From assembly GCA_964361695.1 (NCBI GenBank), contig CAYIBQ010000001.1, positions 1-62,890 on the forward strand: 62,890 nucleotides of DNA. The letters are read 5' to 3'. Below, in pieces: positions 37,932 through 47,003 of this stretch. Each line of letters opens with the position of its first letter. Position 1 is the first letter of the stretch. This stretch comes from an uncultured Candidatus Saccharibacteria bacterium. Its GTDB lineage: Bacteria; Patescibacteriota; Minisyncoccia; Sungbacterales; HO2-52-23. The notes beneath the pieces are model-generated. The model was not told where the DNA came from, did not search any database, and was given only the letters and a program-made list of their open reading frames with translations. The position numbers and the translations under genes were made by a program.

Positions 37932-39689
37932 CTACGAGAGCATGCGCAGACGCTCAACCGCCGCCCGATATTCTTCCTGCAGTTCTCGCGGAACGTCAGC
38001 GCCGCTTTCCGCGATGGTCTGCCCCAGCGCCGCAAGCCGCTCTCGCACGCACATCATTTCCAACTCGCGGCGCGCGACAACGAATTCTTTCTCAATGTCC
38101 GGCATAACCTCTCGCAACATTTCGCCTTTGAACCGCACGCTTTCCAACTGCTCTGCCAACTCCGACGCCTCCGCAATCTCGCTGTCCGCTGTCAGCGCCC
38201 GGAATATCCGGCCAGAAAGCTCGCTTGAAAACACTATCCTCTGCTCCCCCAATTTCTGATGTCTTGCTTCCACAGGCAGTAGCGCCAAAACAGCAAGAAA
38301 CCGTTCTTCCAGCAGATCACGCCGCGTCGGCGTGGCCCCTTTTTCCTCTGCAGGTGTTTTCGCGGGGTCCGCAGGCATACCCTGCTTGCGCAACTCTTTC
38401 CATGTCGCCTCTTCCGCAACCCCTAGCCGCTCGGACAATTCTGCAACCCAGTGGGCTTTTTCTATCTCGTCAGACAGTTCGGCCACGAACGGGAGCAATG
38501 CCTGCGAAATCCTTTTCTTTCCCTCAACCGTATCGCGATTTTCCGCGCGAAATACTTTGTCAAAATAAAATGCGACCACGGGCTTGGCATCCTCCACAGC
38601 ACTCACCCACAGCGCGGGATCTTCGCGCACCGTATCCGCCGGATCTTTGCCCGAGGGAATCACGGTAATCCTCCTGCCAAAATCAAACTGCGCCGCGAGC
38701 GTGAGCGACCGGCGCGTAGCCGAATCACCCGCCGCATCGGCATCAAATGAACAAATCATGGTATCGCAGAGGCGCCGTAGTATGGACAGCTGGGGAGTGG
38801 TGAGCGCCGTCCCCGACACCGCAATGGTCTGTGCCACTCCGGCCTGATGCGACATCACGCAGTCCATATATCCTTCGGTCACCACCACTTGGTTTTTTGC
38901 ACGGATTGACTGCTTGGCCTTATCAAATCCGTACAGCGCGCGGGACTTGTCATATATTAGGGTCTGGGGCGTATTGATGTATTTTGCTTCCGCACGGTCG
39001 GGGTCTTTTTCTCTGGCTCCGGCCAGCGCCAAAATCCTGCCGCCAAATCCGATCACGCGCCCGTTGGCATCGGCAATCGGAAACATGATGCGTGAGCGGA
39101 ACCGGTCATGCAGGCGGCCACTGCCGTCTGCCGATCGCAGGGCTAGTCCTGCTTTTTCCACATCCTCGCCGCTGAATCCTTTTGCGGACAACCCCCGCAA
39201 AAGCCAGTCCCATGCATCCGGCGCCCATCCTATTCTAAACCCGCGCACGGTCGCTTCGGTCATGCCCCGCGAACGGACATATTCTTTTGCCGCATCAGTC
39301 GTAAGCAGATTGCGTTCAAACAGTTCTGCGGCCTGGTCGCATACATCATACAAGCGGTTGCGCTCGGACCGGATGCGGGGATCTTCGCGCTTGAGTTCCA
39401 CTCCGGCGCGGGCCGCCAACAGGCGCAAGGCCTCGGGAAAATCCAGTCCCTCAATCTTCATTACAAATTTAAAAATGTCGCCCCCCTCGCCGCATCCGCC
39501 AAAGCAGTGCCAGATCTGGCGCGTGGGAGACACAAAGAATGAAGGGGTTTTTTCGCTATGAAAAGGACAGTTCGCCTTGAAGTTCATCCCCGCCTTGGTG
39601 AGACGCGTGTAGGACTGGATAAATTCCACGATATCCAGACGCGCTTTGATGTCCTCCACTGGGGATGCCATAGACGCAATTATAACCAC
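37932..39689 (-). CDS. dnaG: DNA primase DnaG
   Basis: CHC2 zinc finger [36 protein letters not shown] motifs [10 protein letters not shown] and FDADAAG. Classic dnaG-rpoD order. Confidence 0.9.
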   Translation of the reverse strand: MVIIASMASPVEDIKARLDIVEFIQSYTRLTKAGMNFKANCPFHSEKTPSFFVSPTRQIWHCFGGCGEGGDIFKFVMKIEGLDFPEALRLLAARAGVELKREDPRIRSERNRLYDVCDQAAELFERNLLTTDAAKEYVRSRGMTEATVRGFRIGWAPDAWDWLLRGLSAKGFSGEDVEKAGLALRSADGSGRLHDRFRSRIMFPIADANGRVIGFGGRILALAGAREKDPDRAEAKYINTPQTLIYDKSRALYGFDKAKQSIRAKNQVVVTEGYMDCVMSHQAGVAQTIAVSGTALTTPQLSILRRLCDTMICSFDADAAGDSATRRSLTLAAQFDFGRRITVIPSGKDPADTVREDPALWVSAVEDAKPVVAFYFDKVFRAENRDTVEGKKRISQALLPFVAELSDEIEKAHWVAELSERLGVAEEATWKELRKQGMPADPAKTPAEEKGATPTRRDLLEERFLAVLALLPVEARHQKLGEQRIVFSSELSGRIFRALTADSEIAEASELAEQLESVRFKGEMLREVMPDIEKEFVVARRELEMMCVRERLAALGQTIAESGADVPRELQEEYRAAVERLRMLS

Positions 39690-39760
39690 ATTTCAGGGCA
39701 AAAAGGAAGCCAGAGGGAACCGCGACAGGGTATTGATAAATAACAAAAAAATTTGCAGGC

Positions 39761-40255
39761 ATGTGTGGTATGTGCGATACTTTGTGCATGCGGAAGAAAG
39801 GACGGATAGAAAACGGCGCCATGCGCGCCACCAAATGGATCGGCACCACCGAGTCCCTCATTGCGCACTCCATTATTTTTGCGGCGTCTTTTACATTTAT
39901 GTTCGCGGGGGTGTCTGCGGACACCGTTCTCCTCGTCCTCACCACCATCGTCTCGCTGGAAGCCATTTATCTTTCCATCTTCATCCAGATGACCGTCAAC
40001 CGGAACACCGAATCCCTGGAAGAAGTGGAAGAGGATATTGATGAAATCCAGGAAGACGTGAAAGAGCTGGAAAGCGGCGTGGACGAGATCTCGGAAGACG
40101 TGGAAGAAATCTCCAGCGACATTGATAAGATTCAGGAAAAAGATGCCGAAGAAGACGCGGAAGAGACGGACACCCGCAAAGCCATGGCAAAAATTGAACA
40201 TACCATGACCCGCCTTCTGGAAGACATCGCGGCTCTCAAACAGACCCAAAAATAA
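39761..40255 (+). CDS. DUF1003-like membrane protein with acidic coiled-coil tail
   Basis: Two TM helices with LLVLTTIVSLEAIYLSIFIQMTVNR (DUF1003-like SLEAI..S.F...QNR pattern), then a D/E-rich heptad-like tail. Confidence 0.55.
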   Translation: MCGMCDTLCMRKKGRIENGAMRATKWIGTTESLIAHSIIFAASFTFMFAGVSADTVLLVLTTIVSLEAIYLSIFIQMTVNRNTESLEEVEEDIDEIQEDVKELESGVDEISEDVEEISSDIDKIQEKDAEEDAEETDTRKAMAKIEHTMTRLLEDIAALKQTQK

Positions 40256-40281
40256 AAACACCGCCCCCGTATACAAAGAGA

Positions 40282-40321
40282 TAGTATACACGAACAAACG
40301 ATCGTTTGTTCGTGTATACTA
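40282..40321. terminator. Perfect 40-bp palindrome (20-bp arms) between convergent genes
   Basis: TAGTATACACGAACAAACGA|TCGTTTGTTCGTGTATACTA. It abuts the stop codon of 40319..40957. The left half is shared with 54595..54620. Confidence 0.6.
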
Positions 40322-40957
40322 CGAGGGTTTCTTTTTGGCGTCGTCCGCGATGTGCCACACCGCGAGCGAGCCATAGCTCCGATACGGCGCCCAGGCGCCG
40401 GTGATGCGGGCGACGGCATACGGCTTCGCGGTTTTGCGCTTGCCGTAGATCATAGCAAGCCCCTTGTGCAGTCCCAGGTCGCCAAAGGAAAAGATGTCTT
40501 CGCGTCCCAGCGTAAACATGAGGAACATCTCCGCAGTCCACCTGCCGATGCCTTTTATCTTTGTCAGCTCCGCAATCGCTTGCTCGTCATCCATCGCCGG
40601 AAGCGCAGGCAGATGTATCGCACCCGCCGCGACTTTGTCTGCAAGATCCCGCACATACCGCGCCTTTGCCCACGACATGCCTATGGCGCGAAGTTCTCCC
40701 TCCGGGTGTTTCAGCACCTGCTGGGGTGTCGCATGCCCGTCAGGAAACAGGGCGTAAAATCTGGCTACGATTGCAGACGCGGCCTTGCTCCCCAACTGCT
40801 GGGATATGATCTCCCTGCACAATTTTGAAAAATAGCGATCCGTCTCTCCTTCTTTTTTCAGCAGTTCAAGCGGCATCGCAGACAGCACGGAAAAAAGGAG
40901 CGGATCCCACTCCTCAAAATGCCGGTGTATCGCATCAAGCGCTTTTGTTTTTTTCAT
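40319..40957 (-). CDS. HhH-GPD family DNA glycosylase (AlkA / 3-methyladenine glycosylase II-like)
   Basis: Helix-hairpin-helix IKGIGRWTAEMFLMF followed by FSFGDLGL. Confidence 0.75.
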   Translation of the reverse strand: MKKTKALDAIHRHFEEWDPLLFSVLSAMPLELLKKEGETDRYFSKLCREIISQQLGSKAASAIVARFYALFPDGHATPQQVLKHPEGELRAIGMSWAKARYVRDLADKVAAGAIHLPALPAMDDEQAIAELTKIKGIGRWTAEMFLMFTLGREDIFSFGDLGLHKGLAMIYGKRKTAKPYAVARITGAWAPYRSYGSLAVWHIADDAKKKPS

Positions 40958-41456
40958 CCTTGGCCTCTACGATACGCAGGCGGTCAATCCCGTGATTGGC
41001 AAATTCATCCTCATACCGGTCCATGCTTTCGTGATGCCGATGCATGTACTCGTCCTCGGACATGGTCGCAGATGCTTCCTCGGTGTGTATACCATGAAAG
41101 TCGCGCTCTCCCAACCGATCCGCGAGCTCCTCCCAAAATACCGCGTCATCGTGCGCGTCCAAGATCGCACGCACATCCGTCCCTTCTTCAAACAGGCGCG
41201 TGGGGTGATACGCGTCGTCTGATCCCGGCTCGCGGCTGGCGTATTTTTCCAGCCCGAATCGCCCGGCCTGCGAAAACACGACGTGCAAAATGTCCTCATA
41301 TTCCTCGGCCATGGGATCCATCGGCCCGCCATCGCGAAAACCATTGGCCACCCAATTACCCAAATACACCGCTTTGAGCAAGGCCAGGTAGTGCTTGCGC
41401 GTAAATTCCGCCTTCTGCTTGGAGGTGTCCTTTCCCATCATTTCTGCATCATACAT
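40935..41456 (-). CDS. Acidic hypothetical protein
   Basis: 173-aa ORF with protein-like composition and no recognisable motif. Confidence 0.45.
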   Translation of the reverse strand: MYDAEMMGKDTSKQKAEFTRKHYLALLKAVYLGNWVANGFRDGGPMDPMAEEYEDILHVVFSQAGRFGLEKYASREPGSDDAYHPTRLFEEGTDVRAILDAHDDAVFWEELADRLGERDFHGIHTEEASATMSEDEYMHRHHESMDRYEDEFANHGIDRLRIVEAKDEKNKSA

Positions 41457-41533
41457 CGCTCACTGCACTGCAGGCAACGGTACTGTGTCGGGCAATGGAA
41501 GATGGGGTTCTGCATTGCCTGCACTGCAAAGAT

Positions 41534-42088
41534 TCACGAATGTTTAATCTTTTTCCTGATGTCGCGATAATCGGGTATCGTCTGTGCCACCAGAGCCCAG
41601 AACGCGCGCGAATGATTCATTTCCTTCAGATGGCAGAGCTCATGCACAATAATATAGTCCACATATCGCGGAGGCAGGAGGGCGATGCGATAGCTAAAAC
41701 TCAAATTCCCCTTTTTTGAACAGCTCCCCCATCGGGTTTTCTGATTCCTGATGGTGATGGAACGAAACGCAAAGCCGTATGTGGCATTGAAAAATGCGAG
41801 ACGCTCGCGGGCAAGCGCCAGCGCCGCATCTTTGTACCGGTGATAGTCGCGCTTGTTTGCAGATCGGAGCAGTGGTTTGGGAAGCCGTCGGAAATACGCG
41901 ACCTTGTCCGCAATCCACTGCGCCCGCGCTTGGGCAAACCTCTCGGCGTATTCCCGAGACACGCCGCGAGGCACGGTCAGCACCACCCTGCCGTCCCTCT
42001 GCACCGTCAACCGCACCGTCCGCGCCCGCCTGCTCACCACCACAGAGTAGGGTGTTGCATAGTTCTGAAATTCAGGAGACGTTCTCAT
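41534..42088 (-). CDS. DUF45 / YgjP-like M48-type metal-dependent hydrolase
   Basis: HELCHLKEMNHSRAFW (HExxH plus downstream H) near the C-terminus, ~180 aa. Confidence 0.7.
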   Translation of the reverse strand: MRTSPEFQNYATPYSVVVSRRARTVRLTVQRDGRVVLTVPRGVSREYAERFAQARAQWIADKVAYFRRLPKPLLRSANKRDYHRYKDAALALARERLAFFNATYGFAFRSITIRNQKTRWGSCSKKGNLSFSYRIALLPPRYVDYIIVHELCHLKEMNHSRAFWALVAQTIPDYRDIRKKIKHS

Positions 42089-42629
42089 CCCTGCCTTCTG
42101 TGATCCGCGTGACTGTCCGCGCTATAGCTTCATTCCAGTCATGCCCCGCATCAGCGTTCAGTACGCGCATTCCCGCACTACGCAAGAAAACATCCGATTC
42201 CGCATCGCAGAAGTAACTATCGCGCGTACCACGAATAATCGTGATCTTCTCTTTTGGGATATTGTGTATCGCCTCCCATACGTCTACGCGGATAAGACGA
42301 CCTATGACTCGCGCTACACGCGGCCAATGCCTGAACGCAACCCGTTTTTGTTTCTGGATACCCTCTCCGATAAAAAATCGTATCCACCTCCACAACAGCC
42401 GAAACACATTCCTTTGTGGCAGTAACGGATTGATTAAAATAAATTTTGCGTCCGGCCGATTACCGCAATGCGCAAGCATAAAAGATATGCCTAAACTATG
42501 TCCGACATACCATTCCGCCACGGGGATTTGCGCAGTATCCTCACCCGCAAGCCATATCTCTACGCCGTCATAGGAGCCGTAATTTCTGACATATTGCCCC
42601 GCACCGGGAAATATCAGTACTTTTTTCAT
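42072..42629 (-). CDS. Small alpha/beta-hydrolase-fold protein
   Basis: Nucleophile elbow VGHSLG. 185 aa. Confidence 0.5.
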   Translation of the reverse strand: MKKVLIFPGAGQYVRNYGSYDGVEIWLAGEDTAQIPVAEWYVGHSLGISFMLAHCGNRPDAKFILINPLLPQRNVFRLLWRWIRFFIGEGIQKQKRVAFRHWPRVARVIGRLIRVDVWEAIHNIPKEKITIIRGTRDSYFCDAESDVFLRSAGMRVLNADAGHDWNEAIARTVTRITEGRDENVS

Positions 42630-42660
42630 GTTACTTTGTATCCGTCTTTGCGTTTAGTGA

Positions 42661-43806
42661 TCATAATTTGGGCGGATTGAAAAAATATTTCTTGCCTTTC
42701 AATGCTGGGGGCAGGAAGTCCTGCTCGGCATACATGTCATACCCCTTGCCGTAGTTTAGGTCTTTCATCATCTGTGTCGGCGCGTTGCGGATATGCAAAG
42801 GTATCGGCAAGTTGCCGTGTTCTTTTGCATCCTGCATGGCCGCTTTGTACGCGTCATACGATGCGCGGTTTTTTGGCGCTTTGGAGAGATACACCACGCC
42901 GTGCGCCAGATTGATCCCCGCTTCCGGATACCCGATGATTTCCACCGCGCGAAATACCGCATTGGCGACGACGAGCGCAGTAGCGTGCGCCATGCCTACA
43001 TCTTCGCTTGCAAAGATCACCATGCGCCGCGCAATAAACTTGGGATCCTCGCCCGCCTCTATCATCCGCGCAAGATAATACAGCGCCGCGTCGGGCTGGC
43101 TCGCGCGCATGCTTTTGATAAACGCGCTGATCGTATTATAGTGCTCGTCCCCTTTCTTGTCATAGCGCAAGTACTTGGCCTGCAAAGTGCTTTTCAGATA
43201 TTCCAGCGTAATACTGCCATACAATTCATGCGTATGTTCCAGCATCGCAATCGCCTGCCGCGCGTCTCCCGACACCATGGCAATGAGCCAATCCCCTGCG
43301 TCATCCGGTATATCGTATCCCGTGCGGCTGATGATGGTTTTTATCTCTTCATCATTCAATTCGTTCAGGACAAACACCCTGCACCGCGAGAGGAGTGCGG
43401 CAATCACTTCAAAACTCGGATTTTCCGTGGTAGCGCCGATGAGCGTCAGTTTCCCCGACTCCACATAGGGCAAAAGAAAGTCCTGCTGTGCTTTATTGAA
43501 GCGGTGTATTTCATCCAGAAATAAAACCTTGGGCCCCAGCAGTCCTGTCGGCGAATCCACGATTTTACGTATATCATCTTTGCCCGCCGAAACTGCGGAC
43601 AGCTCATAGTAGTCAGCTTTCAGCGCGTGGGCGTAGATCTTGGCAAGCGTGGTCTTGCCCACCCCCGGCGGCCCCCAGAGGATAAAGGAGAAAAGATGCT
43701 TTTTGGCGATGGCCTCGGCAATCGGCTTGCCTCGCCCTGCCAAATGTTGCTGTCCCACAAACCCCTCCAACGTCTCCGGCCTTATTTTTGACGCAAGCGG
43801 TTCCAT
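42661..43806 (-). CDS. rarA: Replication-associated recombination protein A (RarA/MgsA AAA+ ATPase)
   Basis: Walker A GPPGVGKTTL, Walker B LFLDEIHRFNK, and a MgsA C-terminal-like region (ALYYLARMIEAGEDP). Confidence 0.85.
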   Translation of the reverse strand: MEPLASKIRPETLEGFVGQQHLAGRGKPIAEAIAKKHLFSFILWGPPGVGKTTLAKIYAHALKADYYELSAVSAGKDDIRKIVDSPTGLLGPKVLFLDEIHRFNKAQQDFLLPYVESGKLTLIGATTENPSFEVIAALLSRCRVFVLNELNDEEIKTIISRTGYDIPDDAGDWLIAMVSGDARQAIAMLEHTHELYGSITLEYLKSTLQAKYLRYDKKGDEHYNTISAFIKSMRASQPDAALYYLARMIEAGEDPKFIARRMVIFASEDVGMAHATALVVANAVFRAVEIIGYPEAGINLAHGVVYLSKAPKNRASYDAYKAAMQDAKEHGNLPIPLHIRNAPTQMMKDLNYGKGYDMYAEQDFLPPALKGKKYFFNPPKL

Positions 43807-43867
43807 AGTTCCACTATACGCCCCGAGACAATTCTGCCAATGATATGTATTTCAAATGAGAGATATT

Positions 43868-44611
43868 CTAAAAAATTTGTCCGATGATTTGCGGAAGTTT
43901 GTCAAAGTCAGCCAAATCAAGTGAGTATCTGACTTCCACGATGGGATCAGGATTTTTATAACGAGCCGCCGGATTTTTTATCCAGATGGTATGTATACCA
44001 AGCGATGCTGGTATGACTATATCCTCTCGATAGTTATCGCCGACCATTAGACAACTTTCGGGACTCTTCTGAACAAGCCGCAAACATTCCCGATAAAATT
44101 CCGGCGACTCTTTTCTGAAAACAACGTCGGACGAATACACGAAATGTGAAAAGTATTTCTCGATTTCAAGTTCTCGCAATTCAAATTGCGTAAAGCAACT
44201 TTGCGTATAGCTCGCAATTGCGAGCGTATATTCGTTTGCCAATAGAGCGAGGGTAGAGGCGATTTTTGGGTACAGATGAACGTAGCCGCGCTCGATTTTA
44301 CGATATTCATAAATGAGCCATAAAATCTCGTCCTCTTTGAGGGGATACTGCACATCTTTCTCCAAGACATCGGCAACAAGCGTACGGAGATTGTGATGCT
44401 GTATCAACTTATTATGACTGGAATAAAAATCGGCTTTTCGCTTTTCAACCAATGCAACAAATTCGTCAGCGCCGATTTTTATTCCATGATTTTGACCAAG
44501 AAGACGTACAAACTCCTCCCAGCCACGCCCTTCATCCTCATCTGATTTGGGGAGTTGCACATCAAGAAGAGTCTGATAGCAATCAAAGAAAATGACTTTA
44601 TCTTTGTCCAT
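43868..44611 (-). CDS. HAD-superfamily hydrolase
   Basis: Motif I-like VIFFDCYQTLLD. Late motif MVGDNYREDI. Confidence 0.6.
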   Translation of the reverse strand: MDKDKVIFFDCYQTLLDVQLPKSDEDEGRGWEEFVRLLGQNHGIKIGADEFVALVEKRKADFYSSHNKLIQHHNLRTLVADVLEKDVQYPLKEDEILWLIYEYRKIERGYVHLYPKIASTLALLANEYTLAIASYTQSCFTQFELRELEIEKYFSHFVYSSDVVFRKESPEFYRECLRLVQKSPESCLMVGDNYREDIVIPASLGIHTIWIKNPAARYKNPDPIVEVRYSLDLADFDKLPQIIGQIF

Positions 44612-44682
44612 AGGATAAAAGCTCCCTTAAGATCACCGCAGCTCATACTCCCAGCCGGGTTGCCAGGATTTAGTTTTTCGCA

Positions 44683-44985
44683 TTATACCCTTATCTCCAG
44701 CAAAAAGCGTATCATATCGCCATCTGATATGCCCTCGCTCTTCCGCACGTCGGCTTTGAGCGGCAGGAGATACCCTCCCCTCTTGGTATCAAAAAAGATG
44801 GATGTTTTCCAGCGCGTTTGCCCGATCGTAACATTGACCGGAAGCGACCGCCATCCCCCTTCCATCGCGCCAAACCGCCGCCGTATTTCAGCCGACTGCG
44901 AGTGGGGAATTGTGACCAGATGCCACGGATTGACCCCCTGCCACAGCCACACTTTTGCACGAATATGAAAGAGATTTTTTATCAC
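44683..44985 (-). CDS. DUF1905-domain protein
   Basis: WHLVTIP...GWRSLPVNVTIGQTRWKTSIFFDTKRGGYLLPLKADVRK matches the DUF1905 pattern. Confidence 0.65.
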   Translation of the reverse strand: MIKNLFHIRAKVWLWQGVNPWHLVTIPHSQSAEIRRRFGAMEGGWRSLPVNVTIGQTRWKTSIFFDTKRGGYLLPLKADVRKSEGISDGDMIRFLLEIRV

Positions 44986-44987
44986 AA

Positions 44988-45075
44988 CGGAGGCGGGAGG
45001 GATTCGAACCCTCGAGACCGGTGAAGGTCTACGCGCTTTCCAAGCGCGCGTACTAGGCCACTATACGACCTCTCC
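44988..45075 (-). tRNA. tRNA-Ser (anticodon GGA), class II with long variable arm
   Basis: Minus strand reads GGAGAGGTCGTATAGTGGCCTAGTACG-CGCGC-TTGGAAA-GCGCG-TAGACCTTCACCGGTCTC-GAGGG-TTCGAAT-CCCTC-CCGCCTCC-G. The anticodon loop, variable arm (AGACC/GGTCT) and T-arm are canonical, and the discriminator is G. No CCA is encoded. The acceptor stem pairs imperfectly as I fold it. Confidence 0.7.
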
Positions 45076-45129
45076 CAAAATAAGAATATTATGAACGGAT
45101 ATATCGTATCCCATTCCCCTCACCTTGAC

Positions 45130-45173
45130 AACATATCCACCTAATACGCTCGAGCGTATTAGGTGGATATGTT
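45130..45173. repeat. Perfect 44-bp palindrome (copy 1 of a ~50-nt repeat) between the PaaX-like gene and tRNA-Ser
   Basis: AACATATCCACCTAATACGCTC|GAGCGTATTAGGTGGATATGTT. Each arm contains a GTGGATA half-site. It ends 1 nt before the stop of 45174..45872 and lies ~55 nt upstream of the tRNA 5' end. Confidence 0.85.
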
Positions 45174-45872
45174 TTATTTTCGTACTCCGAGCGCGAAATA
45201 ATCACAAAGGTCCGTGTCACCGAAAATTTCTTTTGTGGCGACAAGGCGGACGTACTGATGCACACTCAAGAGATCGGTGAGAAAGAGGACTTCCTCCTTG
45301 CATGGGTAGGGAGATACGAACACGCTCTCCTGCATACGATACAGCCCCATCGCCTGCAGGCGACCTCGCAGTGCATCCCGTGCCCATTTATGCTTATTGG
45401 GAATATCAAACATGACCAGATGCCATATACCATCCCATGCCCCCGTCGGCTGAATCCGCATATCATTGAGGGATTTTTGTAGAACAATATCCGCTCCCTC
45501 GCGTGTCAGCTTTATCTCATATGCATCGTCATGCTTTCGCACGGTAATGTATTTTCTTTTTCGCAGATAATTCTTTGCATCAAAAAAGCCCTTGCGTCCG
45601 AAAAATCCTTTTCGCCTGGCGATGTGCCCCATAGCTCCGAATATGTTTGGTGCGAGCGCCACAACCGTTATTACACCGCCAACCAACAAAAGCGTCATGA
45701 GATATCGCGTGGCCGCACCTCCGGCTTCCTGTGCCTTGCGTAGTATTTGTTCCCGACGGGCCGAGCGTTGTATGACATCCCATTCTTTACCCATACGCGT
45801 GATCAGAAAATCTCTCCGGCGCATCAGTTGTTTTTTCAGATGTTCTTCGTACTTTCTTTTTGATGCACGCAT
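45174..45872 (-). CDS. PaaX-like transcriptional regulator family protein with a central hydrophobic segment
   Basis: The C-terminal half WDGIWHLVMFDIPNKHKWARDALRGRLQAMGLYRMQESVFVSPYP is a PaaX C-domain-like pattern. I start it at MRASKRKYEE (45872). The 58 upstream codons of the track ORF run through hairpin repeats and look non-coding. Confidence 0.65.
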   Translation of the reverse strand: MRASKRKYEEHLKKQLMRRRDFLITRMGKEWDVIQRSARREQILRKAQEAGGAATRYLMTLLLVGGVITVVALAPNIFGAMGHIARRKGFFGRKGFFDAKNYLRKRKYITVRKHDDAYEIKLTREGADIVLQKSLNDMRIQPTGAWDGIWHLVMFDIPNKHKWARDALRGRLQAMGLYRMQESVFVSPYPCKEEVLFLTDLLSVHQYVRLVATKEIFGDTDLCDYFALGVRK

Positions 45873-45920
45873 ATGTCCATGTAATACGCTCGAGCGAATT
45901 AGGTGACTATGTCGTATTTT
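45869..45920. repeat. Copy 2 of the ~50-nt repeat (imperfect palindrome TAATACGCTCGAGCGAATTA) immediately upstream of the PaaX-like start codon
   Basis: CATATGTCCATGTAATACGCTCGAGCGAATTAGGTGACTATGTCGTATTTT compared with copy 1 CATATCCACCTAATACGCTCGAGCGTATTAGGTGGATATGTTTTATTTT (about 42/50 identical, same orientation). Confidence 0.8.
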
Positions 45921-45927
45921 TGAACCA

Positions 45928-46038
45928 CTGTGCGCTGAAGCGCACAGATTTGGATGTACCGCCTGAAGGCGGTGGACATTACGGACTGATAAAATGCTAA
46001 CGGAACGGGGGGCTGAAGCCTTCGCCTGAAGGCGAGGG
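45928..46038. repeat. Cluster of four GC-rich hairpins that all carry the loop motif CTGAAG
   Basis: CTGTGCGC-TGAA-GCGCACAG (45928..45947), ACCGCC-TGAA-GGCGGT (45958..45973), GGC-TGAA-GCC (46011..46020), CCTTCGCC-TGAA-GGCGAGGG (46019..46038). Confidence 0.75.
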
Positions 46039-46290
46039 AACTCCAAACCCCAGGAATACGGACATGAGATCTACGGGGCGCGCCCGGTGCAGGCGAAGCA
46101 CGATTTTGTCAGAAAACCAGTATGAGATGACGTTCATCAGGACGCTGATGATAACCGCGATGTAGAGTATGCCCGAACTGCCATATACCTGACTAAATAC
46201 CCACCCGATCGCAATCACAATGCCGAAAAACGTTGCCATGAGGAGCCACGTTTTCCGTATATTTGCGGCCTGATGCGTATAGAGCGTCAT
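45997..46290 (-). pseudogene. htpX: Truncated htpX-like (M48 protease) 5' fragment
   Basis: The first ~70 aa have an HtpX-type N-terminus (two TM helices, YWFSDKIVLRLHRARPV). The frame then runs into the hairpin cluster and stops. No HExxH-containing remainder is present. Confidence 0.55.
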
Positions 46291-46362
46291 ATATCGGACA
46301 TTGAAAAAGTAAAAAGCGCTTCCTTTGCAGGAAACGCTTTTTATTAAGTCCGGTGAGAGACA

Positions 46363-46920
46363 CTAGAAAGCAACCTTGACGGGTTCCTGGGCAGGAGAGT
46401 TGTCGGGAATATCAAAGAGGTCTTTTTTGGCAAAACCGAACGTGCCAGCAATCATGTTGGAAGGAAATGACTCCAACGAGATATTGTAGTCGCGCACCGT
46501 GCCGTTGTAAAATCGGCGGCTCGCCTGGATTTTATTTTCTGTGTCTGCCAACTCGCGCTGGAGTTCCAAGAAATTCATGTTGGCTTTCAGATCGGGGTAG
46601 TTTTCCGCGACGGCAAAGAGGGATTTCAGAGCGCCGGACAGCATGTTTTCGGCACTGGCGTGCTGGGCCGCGGTGCCTGCACCCATGGCGGCAGTGCGCG
46701 CACGGGTCACATTTTCAAATATCTGTTTTTCGTGACCGGCATATCCCCTGACTGTTTCCACCACATTGGGGATCAGGTCATAACGGCGTTTGAGCTGAAC
46801 TTCAATATCAGCCCACGCTTCTTCGGCCTGATTTCGTTTGCGTATCAAGCCGTTATATATGGCGATACATGCGATAATCGCGATAACGACAACGGCTCCT
46901 ATAACGTAGAGAGTAACCAT
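46363..46920 (-). CDS. lemA: LemA family membrane protein
   Basis: N-terminal TM segment, then QLKRRYDLIPN...ENYPDLKAN..FLELQ.EL...EN.I...RR.YN..V.DYN, the LemA signature pattern. Confidence 0.85.
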   Translation of the reverse strand: MVTLYVIGAVVVIAIIACIAIYNGLIRKRNQAEEAWADIEVQLKRRYDLIPNVVETVRGYAGHEKQIFENVTRARTAAMGAGTAAQHASAENMLSGALKSLFAVAENYPDLKANMNFLELQRELADTENKIQASRRFYNGTVRDYNISLESFPSNMIAGTFGFAKKDLFDIPDNSPAQEPVKVAF

Positions 46921-47003
46921 AAAAATATATTAGCGGATAAATCAACGCTTGTCCATGCAGAAGAGAATTCTTGGTGCGCCTGCGCAACCGTGAATGGCAT
47001 GCC

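Noticed and set aside
45873-46046. N-terminal extensions of track ORFs (45174..46046, 56939..57769, 50842..52734, 36686..38035, 34033..34926)
   Set aside because: The extensions overlap upstream genes or hairpin repeats and translate to non-protein-like sequence. Internal ATGs that restore canonical N-termini (MEIRNIAIIAHVDHGKT, MAKVLLIEDD and others) sit right after the upstream stop codons.
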